From the NCBI GenBank assembly GCA_041744795.1, contig JBGTKD010000192.1, positions 13,628 through 77,627 of the forward strand: a stretch of 64,000 nt of DNA. The letters run 5' to 3'. The notes beneath the pieces were generated by a model, which worked only from the letters and a program-made list of their open reading frames with translations, was not told the origin of the DNA and made no database searches. This DNA is from Acidimicrobiia bacterium (GTDB lineage Bacteria > Actinomycetota > Acidimicrobiia > Spongiisociales > ZC4RG35). Of the stretch, positions 56,002-64,000 are shown piece after piece. Position 1 is the first letter of the stretch. Each line of letters begins with the position of its first letter. Made by a program: the position numbers and the translations under genes.

Positions 56002-57863
56002 GCCTTGTCTTCCTGGTTGTAGGCGTCGATCAGCTCGGCGTAGGCGGGCAGGGCGGCGTACAACTCCCGGTGCCTGCCACGGCCGATGACCCTGCCGTCC
56101 TGAACGAATAGGACGATGTCGGCCAGCAGGATTGAAGATCGGCGGTAGGCAACGATCACGGTGGTCGTGTCCAGATCCGCCAGCCCGGCGAGAATTGCTC
56201 CCTCGACAGCCGGGTCCACGGCCGAAGTTGCGTCGTCGAGCACCAGTAGCCGAGGCTTGCGAATGATTGCTCTAGCGAGTGCGATCCGCTGTCGTTGTCC
56301 GCCAGACAGCGATGCTCCTCGTTCGCCGACCACGGTGTCGACACCCTCGGGCAATTCTCGGACAAATCCTGCGCCCTGAGCCATTTCCAGGGCGGCCCAT
56401 ACTTCGTCCTCGCTGGCATTCGTGTCGAGGGCCACGTTCGCTCTAACGGTGTCGTCAAACAGGAATGCCTCCTGGAAAACGAGCGCGGTGGTCTCGGACA
56501 GGTCGGACCGGCGTAGTTCGCTCACACTCATGCCGTCCAGGCGGATGACCCCCTCATCCGGGTCGAAGAGGCGGACCATGAGGTGGGCGATGGTCGTCTT
56601 GCCTGACCCAGTCGGCCCAACGATCGCCACTGTCGTTCCCGGCTCGACTCCCAGGGTGACAGACCTGATCCCGCGGCCCTCACCATCGGCCACTGTCGCC
56701 GCTGTCTGGTCGATGTCGCCAAGATCGGAGTGCGAGTCGTCCGGGTAGACATAGGTCACCTCATCCGCGTTGGCTCCCGCCCCTCCCAACCGTTCGAGGG
56801 CGCCGCTGCCGTAGGTGATTGTCTCGTCTGCTGCCATCACTGCTTCGATCCGGTCCCATCCGACGACTGCCCGGGGCATTTCGGCCAAGAGCCAGGTGAA
56901 GACGCGCAATGGCATGGCCACCAGGCGGAACAGGTAAGCGAACGTCACGAGGGTTCCTGCGGTTATCAGGCCCTCGTCCACTCTCCAGGCGCCGACAGCG
57001 AGCACGGCGAGGACACCAATGTTTGGGAGCGCCTCCATCATCGGGTCGAATACGGCTCGCAGTCGTCCCAACTCGACCATCGAGTCCCGTAGGTCATCCG
57101 AACGTGCCCCGAATCGCCCAACCTCCTGATCCTCACGTCCGAGGGTCTTGACGACGAGGGCCGCATCGAAGGACTCGTGGGCGATCTCGGCCACCTCTGC
57201 CCGCAGCTTCTGGGCGCTGGCCGCAACGACCCGCATTCGGCGCTGAAAGAGGATGTTGCTGAGAATGATTAGCGGCAGGACAGCGAAACCGACGATGGCC
57301 AGGAAGACGTCGGTGATGACAAGAAGCACCGCGGTGATGATCAGCATCAAGAAAACGCCGAACGCCATCGGCAGGGGAGCGGCGATGAAAGACGCGGACT
57401 CGACGTCGGCGTTGACGTTCGACAGCAGTTGGCCGGTGGGATGCCTGCGGTGCCACTCGATTGGGAGCCGCAGGTACTTGTCGGTGACCTCGCGTCGGTC
57501 CCGGGCCTGCAGGCCGTATTGGGCGGCATAGGCGCCGAGGCGGCGGAGGGTTATGCCCAGTCCCCGTATGAGAGAGACGGCGAGGACGGCTCCTGCGGCC
57601 GTGACGAGGGCAGCTGTCGCCACGTTGCCGGCCTCCACGGCCGGGAGTAGGACTTCGTCTGTGACCCAGCCGAGGACGTAGGACGACCCGACCGTGGCAA
57701 CCGCGAATAGGGTTGTTCCCACGCCGCCGAGAGCGAACTCTTTAGGGGCGCGACGGAGCATTCGGAGGATGAGCTGGAAGCCCCGGCCGATCACCTCACG
57801 GTCTGGCCTGCGGGCATGTTCGATCGTCTGGGTATCGGCCACGACCCGCCAGCGTACGCCCAC
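55998..57863 (-). CDS. ABC transporter ATP-binding/permease fusion (partner half-transporter)
   Basis: 6 TM plus NBD (GPTGSGKTT, LSGGQRQR, LVLDDATSAVD). Its stop overlaps the downstream partner start, giving a heterodimeric exporter. Confidence 0.9.
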   Translation of the reverse strand: MGVRWRVVADTQTIEHARRPDREVIGRGFQLILRMLRRAPKEFALGGVGTTLFAVATVGSSYVLGWVTDEVLLPAVEAGNVATAALVTAAGAVLAVSLIRGLGITLRRLGAYAAQYGLQARDRREVTDKYLRLPIEWHRRHPTGQLLSNVNADVESASFIAAPLPMAFGVFLMLIITAVLLVITDVFLAIVGFAVLPLIILSNILFQRRMRVVAASAQKLRAEVAEIAHESFDAALVVKTLGREDQEVGRFGARSDDLRDSMVELGRLRAVFDPMMEALPNIGVLAVLAVGAWRVDEGLITAGTLVTFAYLFRLVAMPLRVFTWLLAEMPRAVVGWDRIEAVMAADETITYGSGALERLGGAGANADEVTYVYPDDSHSDLGDIDQTAATVADGEGRGIRSVTLGVEPGTTVAIVGPTGSGKTTIAHLMVRLFDPDEGVIRLDGMSVSELRRSDLSETTALVFQEAFLFDDTVRANVALDTNASEDEVWAALEMAQGAGFVRELPEGVDTVVGERGASLSGGQRQRIALARAIIRKPRLLVLDDATSAVDPAVEGAILAGLADLDTTTVIVAYRRSSILLADIVLFVQDGRVIGRGRHRELYAALPAYAELIDAYNQEDKA

Positions 57864-58019
57864 CCACCCCCGTCAACGAACCGGCCGGACGCGTACCCAG
57901 GGTTCCATCCCGCGTATGCGCGGGATCTGGCGTCCAGAAAGAGAAGTGGTGCCTCTGCAGGGGGTGAGCGGGGTGCCCGAGCCCCGGTGTAGGAGCCGCT
58001 CCGAAGCTAGCCAGAGCCC

Positions 58020-59156
58020 TCAGGTATCTCGCAGGGTGTCGGCGATGAGTTCGTCGACGACGGCTTTGAGGGCGTCGCTGTCGGAAGCACCGCTGGCGAC
58101 GGCGGCTTCGTAAGCCTGTAACTGGCGACGAGCCGAAGTGCCTTCGTGAGCGATGACACTGGCCCGCTCGACTTCGGCGACGCAGCCCAACTCCTCGGCG
58201 TCCGGTCGAACGAGGTCGACAAGCTCGTCGATCAAATCAGGGAACGGCACAAGAGTCCCGACGCCGTAGTCCATTAGCTCGCCCGCAGCCCCGTACCGCT
58301 GCGCCCGCCAGATGTTCTCTGCCACGAGCATGTTGGCGTATCGCCTCCACTTCTGGTTCGTCCGCCTGAGGCGGAAGAGCATGTGCAGCAGCGATTGATA
58401 AAGGGCAGCGATGGTTACGGCGTCCTGCCATCTCGTGCAGATGTCGGTGACACGCAGCTCGAGAGTCGGGTACTTGACCGATGGGCGGATGTCCCACCAG
58501 ATCTTCGAGCCGTCCTCTATCAGCCCGCCCTCGACGAGAACTTGCACATGGCGCTGGAATTCGGCCCAGCTGGCGAACTCCTCGGGAAGTCCTGTTCGCG
58601 GCATCGTGCGAAAGACGTTCATCCGGTAGCTCTTCAGTCCGGTGTCATGACCGCCCCAGAACGGCGAGGAGGTCGAAAGAGCCAGGAGGTGGGGCAGGAA
58701 GTAGGTCACCTGGTTCATCAGGTCGATCCGTAACTCGGGGTCCTCGATCCCAGCGTGGACGTGCATCCCGCATATGACCATGCGCTGTCCGACGACTCCG
58801 AGGTCCGCTGCTAGATCTTGGTATCGGTCACCTTCGCTGTGAACCTGTTCCCACCACAGAGCGAACGGATGGGTCGAGGCGGCGATGATCGCCGCACCGT
58901 GTTCTGCGCTGAGGGCTCCGAGAGTGCGACGCAACTCGCGCAGGTCGTCTGCTACATCCGAGATATACCGGTGTGGCCTGGTTCCGACTTCTATCTGGGC
59001 GCGGAGCAACTCGCGGCTGACCCGGCCTTCGATGCGGTCGTAGGCACCTGCCCACAGCTCTGAGGGTGGATCGGCGAGAAGATTGCGGGTTTCGAGGTCT
59101 ACAAGGAGGTACTCCTCCTCGATTCCGATCGTGAGTTGCGGCGATGGAGGAGTCAT
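58020..59156 (-). CDS. carboxylate-amine ligase, glutamate-cysteine ligase family 2 (YbdK-like)
   Basis: N-terminal TIGIEEEYLLVD motif diagnostic for GCS2; 378 aa. Confidence 0.85.
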   Translation of the reverse strand: MTPPSPQLTIGIEEEYLLVDLETRNLLADPPSELWAGAYDRIEGRVSRELLRAQIEVGTRPHRYISDVADDLRELRRTLGALSAEHGAAIIAASTHPFALWWEQVHSEGDRYQDLAADLGVVGQRMVICGMHVHAGIEDPELRIDLMNQVTYFLPHLLALSTSSPFWGGHDTGLKSYRMNVFRTMPRTGLPEEFASWAEFQRHVQVLVEGGLIEDGSKIWWDIRPSVKYPTLELRVTDICTRWQDAVTIAALYQSLLHMLFRLRRTNQKWRRYANMLVAENIWRAQRYGAAGELMDYGVGTLVPFPDLIDELVDLVRPDAEELGCVAEVERASVIAHEGTSARRQLQAYEAAVASGASDSDALKAVVDELIADTLRDT

Positions 59157-59184
59157 CTCGCGGCGAGGCTACCGCCTGCGGTGC

Positions 59185-59793
59185 TCAGACGATGGACGAG
59201 GCCGCTTCGGACCGCGCACGCTCTGCGGAGTCTCTGGCGTCACAGCCAAGGAGGTGGTCATTTACGAGACCCATTGCCTGCATAAAGGCATAGACCGTGG
59301 TCGGCCCGACAAAGGTCCAGCCGCGCTTCTTCAGATCCTTGGCTAGAGCGACTGAGGCCTCGGTTGTGGCCGGGATGTCGGAGGGTGCTGTGGTGTCGAG
59401 TTCGGCGTGGCGCCAGAAGTAGGAGGCCAGCGAGCCCGCCTCGGCTGTGAGTTCGAGGGCGCGGGCGGCGTTGTTGATCGTCGAGCGGATCTTGCCTTGG
59501 TGACGGACGATCGAGGCGTCGGCCAGGAGACGGGCCACATCATCTTCTCCGAAGCGGGCCACGGCGCGAGGGTCGAATCCGGCGAAGGCGGTCCGGAAGC
59601 CTTCACGCTTGCGGAGGATGGTCAACCAAGAGAGCCCGGACTGGAATCCTTCTAGGCAGAGCTTTTCAAAGAGTCGGTGATCGTCGGTGACCCCAAAACC
59701 CCATTCGGTGTCGTGGTAGTCACGGTAGATCTCAGGTTCGGTGCCCCACCAGCACCGCCTGACCCCATCGTCTCCAACGACAACTTCCATCGG
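59185..59793 (-). CDS. tag: DNA-3-methyladenine glycosylase I
   Basis: RCWWG...YHDTEWG (zinc-snap motif) and the helix-hairpin-helix fold sequence. Start MEVVVGDDG at 59793. Confidence 0.85.
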   Translation of the reverse strand, partial: PMEVVVGDDGVRRCWWGTEPEIYRDYHDTEWGFGVTDDHRLFEKLCLEGFQSGLSWLTILRKREGFRTAFAGFDPRAVARFGEDDVARLLADASIVRHQGKIRSTINNAARALELTAEAGSLASYFWRHAELDTTAPSDIPATTEASVALAKDLKKRGWTFVGPTTVYAFMQAMGLVNDHLLGCDARDSAERARSEAASSIV

Positions 59794-59900
59794 GAGCCAG
59801 ATTAGGTGGGACTCGTCCCGGGCGTCTCCGGCCCGCAACTGCGAAACGGAGAAGAAACTGTGGGCTGTTGGGCTAGAGGTACTCGGCGGGCCGTCGTAGG

Positions 59901-61475
59901 TTGACTGATATGGCTGTCGACCATCTAGAGGCTCCGCCGTTCGTGGAGCGCCGGAGTTGGCCGCTCGGCATTGCCGGGGCGGTGGCGGGCGGGGTGGCGC
60001 TCGCGACGAGCGAGTTAGCTGCCGGGCTACTCGCCGGGATTCCCTCGCTCGTGTCAGGGGTGGCCACTTTTGTGATCGACAAGGTGCCGCCCGCCGTGAA
60101 AGACCTGGCCATCGATTTCTTCGGTACCCGCGACAAGCTTGCTTTGGCCGTTGGCATCGTCGCCACGACGCTCGCTATCGGGTACCTCGCCGGGCTGGTG
60201 TCCCGCCGGTGGCCACCGATCGTGACGGCAGCCTTCGTCACGTTCGGAGTTCTCGGCGCGCTGGCCGCCGCCCGCACGCCGCTTGCCGATCTGTCGTCTG
60301 CGTTGGTCAACGGCGCTCTCGCCGCAGGAGCCGGAGTTCTCACATTCCGGTTCTTGGCCTTGCCCGTCGTTCGCGCAGTTCGCGACGACGCTGATCTTGA
60401 CCGCAGGCTTTTCCTGGGTCGGGCTGGTGCGGTGGTGGCGCTGGCCATCATTGGGGCAGGAGCCGGTCGAGCCTTTTTCGAAAGGACCCGACGGGTAATC
60501 GCCGGTCGGAACCAGGTAGTTCTCCCCCTCGCATCAGACCTAGCCCCTCCCGTACCGGCTGGCGCCACTCTCGGGCTTTCGGGAATAGCACCCGTGATCA
60601 CTCCCAACGCCGAGTTCTATCGCATAGATACAGCTCCGCTTTCGCCGCCGATTGTCGATCTTGAGACCTGGACGATGTCGCTCACGGGGCTCGTTGACCG
60701 CCCGCTAACCCTCGACTTCACAGACCTTTCGGACCTTCCCATGGTCGAGCGGGTCATCACGATTGCCTGTGTCTCCAACCAGATCGGCGGTGAACTGGTC
60801 GGCACGGCCAAGTGGCTAGGCACCCCGCTGCGAGACCTATTGCGAAGGGCAGGGGTGCGGTCGGAGGCAAGTCAGGTGGTCGGGCGTTCCGTCGATGGGT
60901 TCACCGTCGGATTTCCCGTCGATGCGGTGTTCGACGGTCGCGAGTCCCTGGTTGCTATCGGGATGAACGACGAACCGCTTCCGATCGAACATGGCTTCCC
61001 CGCCCGGTTGATTGTCGCTGGGCTGTACGGCTACGTCTCGGCGACCAAATGGCTATCGGAAATCGAACTGACGACGTGGGATGCCTTCGACGCCTACTGG
61101 GTGCCACGAGGCTGGTCTAAGGAAGGACCGATCAAGACCCAGTCGCGGATCGACACGCCACGGCGAACGACCCGCCTAGAGCCTGGACCCGTCGGAATTG
61201 GCGGGGTGGCATGGGCACCGACAAGGGGCATAGAGCGGGTCGAGGTGCGCATCGACGGCGGGCCGTGGAGAGAGGCAGACCTCGGCGATCCTGTCGGTGA
61301 CAACGTGTGGCGACAGTGGAGCACCGTATGGGATGCAACACCCGGAACCCATCAGGTCCAGGTGCGTGCCACCGACGGCACCGGTGAGACCCAGGCAGAG
61401 GAGATCACGTCGGTCGCGCCAAACGGGGCGACCGGCTATCACACGATTCCCTACCTGGTGACCGAAGAAGTTTGA
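59901..61475 (+). CDS. membrane-anchored molybdopterin-dependent oxidoreductase (sulfite-oxidase family, MsrP/YedY-like catalytic domain)
   Basis: N-terminal multi-TM region, Mo-domain ITIACVSNQIGGELVG (Mo-ligand Cys), and a C-terminal Ig-like dimerisation-type domain; 524 aa. Confidence 0.8.
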   Translation: MTDMAVDHLEAPPFVERRSWPLGIAGAVAGGVALATSELAAGLLAGIPSLVSGVATFVIDKVPPAVKDLAIDFFGTRDKLALAVGIVATTLAIGYLAGLVSRRWPPIVTAAFVTFGVLGALAAARTPLADLSSALVNGALAAGAGVLTFRFLALPVVRAVRDDADLDRRLFLGRAGAVVALAIIGAGAGRAFFERTRRVIAGRNQVVLPLASDLAPPVPAGATLGLSGIAPVITPNAEFYRIDTAPLSPPIVDLETWTMSLTGLVDRPLTLDFTDLSDLPMVERVITIACVSNQIGGELVGTAKWLGTPLRDLLRRAGVRSEASQVVGRSVDGFTVGFPVDAVFDGRESLVAIGMNDEPLPIEHGFPARLIVAGLYGYVSATKWLSEIELTTWDAFDAYWVPRGWSKEGPIKTQSRIDTPRRTTRLEPGPVGIGGVAWAPTRGIERVEVRIDGGPWREADLGDPVGDNVWRQWSTVWDATPGTHQVQVRATDGTGETQAEEITSVAPNGATGYHTIPYLVTEEV

Positions 61476-61478
61476 CCT

Positions 61479-62468
61479 CTAGCCCGTGTCCGGCCCCTCG
61501 GTTCGGGCATCTGCGGCCGAAAACGCCCAGCCCAGCCCGTCGATAGGGTCGTGAACAGCGATTTGGAGACGCCATCCGCTGGCGGCCCCGTCGCTCCACA
61601 GCCACCACTCCAGGGACGATCCGGCGCTGCGAAGTTCGTCCGGCTCGACGGGCCAGTCCAGCCCGGTCAGAGCAGCCACTGCCGACCAAGCGTGGAACCG
61701 ACCGGCCGCCATGCCCCTTCGACGGCCATGGGCTCCGCCGGACCCAGCAGCCCAAGCCATCCACGCCAGAGCGGTGGGCAAATCAACCTGTGATCCAGTC
61801 GCGGTCGGGACTCCGAGCGCGGCGATCGCTCCCGCTGCCGTGCCCTCGACAATCGCCAGGTCTGTCACGCCGTTCGACATTGAGGTCCACGGCGTCACCA
61901 AAGCCAGCAGCGCCTCTTCGGTGGGTTCGTCCTCGATCCGGGCAGGGTCAGGCGGCAGGGCAATCGGTCCGCCTTCGACCGTATCAGGAGTTGGGAAGTC
62001 GGCTTTGTCCGCCTGGTAGGTCGCAACCGGATACTCCGGCTCCCAGGCGGCGACGAGAGGGATGTCGAAGAGTTGGGCATCGAATTGGGCATCGATCGAC
62101 TCGCCTCGTATCGCCCTTTCGTGAGCGACGACCGTTCGATCCATGGGACTCGACAGGTGGCGGTCGAGCTCTTCGAACGTGTTCACCTGGGCGACCACTT
62201 CGGTGAGGGGCCCGAGGGTGAATCGCGCCGGGCCTTCTTGGATTGCTGGCACCGAGACCTCAGGAGGAGCCTCCAGCGCAAGTCGGTATCGGACGTGCTC
62301 GTCGACACCCCACAACTGGCGCCCTCGTTCGACGGCCGCGCTGAGATGGGTGCGCAAGGTCGTCATCTCTTCCCAGGCGCGTCGACTTGCCATCCCGTCG
62401 ACGATCCGGAGCAGGCCGTCCGTGTCGGCTAGTTCTATGGCGGTGAGAGTCGTTTCGTCGAGGTTCAT
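61479..62468 (-). CDS. hypothetical protein (329 aa, Trp/Ala-rich C-terminus)
   Basis: Clean ORF with good codon usage, translationally coupled to the downstream rhodanese (stop/start overlap). I recognise no family. Confidence 0.45.
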   Translation of the reverse strand: MNLDETTLTAIELADTDGLLRIVDGMASRRAWEEMTTLRTHLSAAVERGRQLWGVDEHVRYRLALEAPPEVSVPAIQEGPARFTLGPLTEVVAQVNTFEELDRHLSSPMDRTVVAHERAIRGESIDAQFDAQLFDIPLVAAWEPEYPVATYQADKADFPTPDTVEGGPIALPPDPARIEDEPTEEALLALVTPWTSMSNGVTDLAIVEGTAAGAIAALGVPTATGSQVDLPTALAWMAWAAGSGGAHGRRRGMAAGRFHAWSAVAALTGLDWPVEPDELRSAGSSLEWWLWSDGAASGWRLQIAVHDPIDGLGWAFSAADARTEGPDTG

Positions 62469-63274
62469 TCGTCGCCGGTCGCCACCGGGGCGTGCTGCTG
62501 GCGGGACCAGTCACTCCAAGAACCCTCGTACAGCAGAGCGTCGTCGATTCCGGCCAGGTGCATAGCCAGGATTCCGTGACAGGCGCTGATGCCGGATCCG
62601 CAGTAAACGATCGCCTCGGGTCCGACGTTTCCGTACAACGATGCCAGCTCCGAAGGCTCCAGGAAGGTGCCGTCCGGGCCCAGGTTCCGCTGATAGTGCA
62701 GGTTGATTGCTCCCGGGATGTGACCCGCTACTTGATCGATCGGTTCGTGCTCACCCGTGTATCGCTCCGGGGCCCTGACATCGATCAACCTCGACGAAGT
62801 CGACTCGACTGTCGCTCGATCCACGACCCCTCGCCACTCTCTGACCGTCGGGAAGTCGCCCGGCACGGGACGGGGGATAGCCCTGGTGATTGGGCGGCGC
62901 TCGACCTCCCATTTGGGAAATCCCCCGTCGAGCACACTGACCTCGGAGTGTCCGAGCGAGCGGAGCATCCACCAGATACGCGATGCCCAGGCCCCACCGT
63001 TGTCGTCGTAGGCCACGACCATGTCGCCGGGGTTGACTCCCCACCGGCGGACAACCGCTGAGAACTCCTCCGGTCGGGGGAGAGGGTGTCTACCGGGGCC
63101 GCTTCTTCCCGTCAGGTCCGTCTCCAAGTCGACGAACACCGCCCCGGGCAGGTGACCCGCTTCATAACGGCGACGACCTTCGGCCGGGTCAGCCAGGTCG
63201 GCCCGCACATCGAGCACCACGAGGGATGCACTGGCGATGCGTGAACCGAGTTCGCTGGTAGAGATCAAGCCCAT
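62465..63274 (-). CDS. sseA: thiosulfate/3-mercaptopyruvate sulfurtransferase (tandem rhodanese)
   Basis: Two rhodanese domains. Active-site loop CGSGISA (Cys in a CG(S/T)G loop, mercaptopyruvate-type). Start ATG 63274. Confidence 0.8.
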   Translation of the reverse strand: MGLISTSELGSRIASASLVVLDVRADLADPAEGRRRYEAGHLPGAVFVDLETDLTGRSGPGRHPLPRPEEFSAVVRRWGVNPGDMVVAYDDNGGAWASRIWWMLRSLGHSEVSVLDGGFPKWEVERRPITRAIPRPVPGDFPTVREWRGVVDRATVESTSSRLIDVRAPERYTGEHEPIDQVAGHIPGAINLHYQRNLGPDGTFLEPSELASLYGNVGPEAIVYCGSGISACHGILAMHLAGIDDALLYEGSWSDWSRQQHAPVATGDE

Positions 63275-63296
63275 GGACGCCGAATGTACCTCTTCG

Positions 63297-63515
63297 TCAG
63301 CTGCGGAAGAGGCGGCCGAGCACATTCAGGAGAATCGTCGCAATCACCGACACCACGATCATCGACGTGACCGGGATGAAAATCGTCGTGGACTCGCCGT
63401 CGGATCGGAAATCACCTGGTAGCCGGCCAAACCAGGAGAACCACCCGACGCGAACCATTAATCCGAGCGCGATGAGGGCGACGCCTCCAAAGATGAGCAG
63501 GTTTCCTGATCGCAT
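63297..63515 (-). CDS. DUF2905-like small membrane protein
   Basis: 72 aa from ATG 63515; two TM helices (LLIFGGVALIALGLMV / IVVSVIATILLNVLG). Confidence 0.45.
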   Translation of the reverse strand: MRSGNLLIFGGVALIALGLMVRVGWFSWFGRLPGDFRSDGESTTIFIPVTSMIVVSVIATILLNVLGRLFRS

Positions 63516-63516
63516 A

Positions 63517-63864
63517 TCAGTCCTCGTCCGGGGTCGTGGCCTCCTGCTCTCTGGCACTTCGCAGTTCGTCCCCGAGTTGGGAGAAGGTCTGACCAAGAGC
63601 GGTCACGAATGTCGCAGTTGCGTCTTTCACCTGCTCTCGGACGCCAGGGTCCTTCATGGCGTTGCCGACGGAGTCAGCTACCGCCCTGGCCGCCTCGCCG
63701 AGGGTCTCCAGCGCGGAGCGCACTTCGTCTTCGCTTGGGCCGCCGTCGCCTGAGACTTCCTTGTAGTGATCGCGAAGTTTCTCGCCGATGGAAGACCACC
63801 GCTTCCCGGCTTCGGACCATGGATCTACGGGGTCGTGCGTAGGATCGTTGTCGTGCTGCTCCAC
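63517..63864 (-). CDS. hypothetical acidic protein (115 aa)
   Basis: Clean ORF upstream of the DUF2905 gene. Helical and acidic. No motif recognised. Confidence 0.4.
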   Translation of the reverse strand: MEQHDNDPTHDPVDPWSEAGKRWSSIGEKLRDHYKEVSGDGGPSEDEVRSALETLGEAARAVADSVGNAMKDPGVREQVKDATATFVTALGQTFSQLGDELRSAREQEATTPDED

Positions 63865-64000
63865 GTGCTCGATGGTACATATGAGCTGTTCCGCTCCTAT
63901 TTCGGGGTGCCCCCTCGATCTGCGCCGGATGGTCGCGAGGTGGGAGCGGTGCGAGGAATCATCGACTCGACTTTGGCCCTTCTCGTAGACGGTGGCGTGA

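Noticed and set aside
57900-57960. tRNA-like fragment (GGTTCCATCCCGCG...CGCGGGA) between the ABC exporter and GCS2 genes
   Set aside because: Only a T-arm-like hairpin is present, with no acceptor stem, anticodon arm or CCA context. More likely a plain hairpin.

Overview
This is a high-GC (about 65-70%) chromosomal window, probably from an actinobacterium (the caa3-type ctaCDEFG cluster, F420-associated enzymes and ECF sigma pairs suggest an Acidimicrobiia/Actinomycetota-like organism). It is densely coding on both strands, with about 65 credible genes. Most antisense ORFs in the six-frame track are GC-driven artefacts. Gene content, in order: a purine/NAD block (add, nadE, class IV aminotransferase), a P450, mgtE, greA, a selenoprotein selD whose N-terminus the ORF track truncated (in-frame UGA plus a SECIS-like hairpin), a Trx-like [2Fe-2S] ferredoxin, and lipoprotein/membrane-protein pairs. 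Next comes a large cluster that I read as a possible variant dihydroxyacetone-phosphate-shunt pathway for salvaging methylthioadenosine/5'-deoxyadenosine, with a class-II-aldolase::SDR fusion. Downstream are a DDAH-family hydrolase, a BrnT-like toxin/antitoxin candidate, the complete caa3 cytochrome oxidase operon (ctaC-D-E-F-G) with a thioredoxin-like lipoprotein and divergent ctaB, an ECF sigma/anti-sigma pair, lgt and hrpB. The last hrpB codons are re-encoded 560 bp downstream around a small inserted gene. The rest of the window holds a 1218-aa zinc-ribbon/adenylyl-cyclase/ATPase/TPR protein, a DUF885 protein, efflux transporters, an F420-type redox trio, a heterodimeric ABC exporter, a GCS2 ligase, tag, a Mo-pterin oxidoreductase and a rhodanese. 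A 50-nt intergenic repeat family occurs three times (13.6 kb, 27.0 kb and 27.9 kb). No rRNA, tRNA or CRISPR array was recognised by eye.
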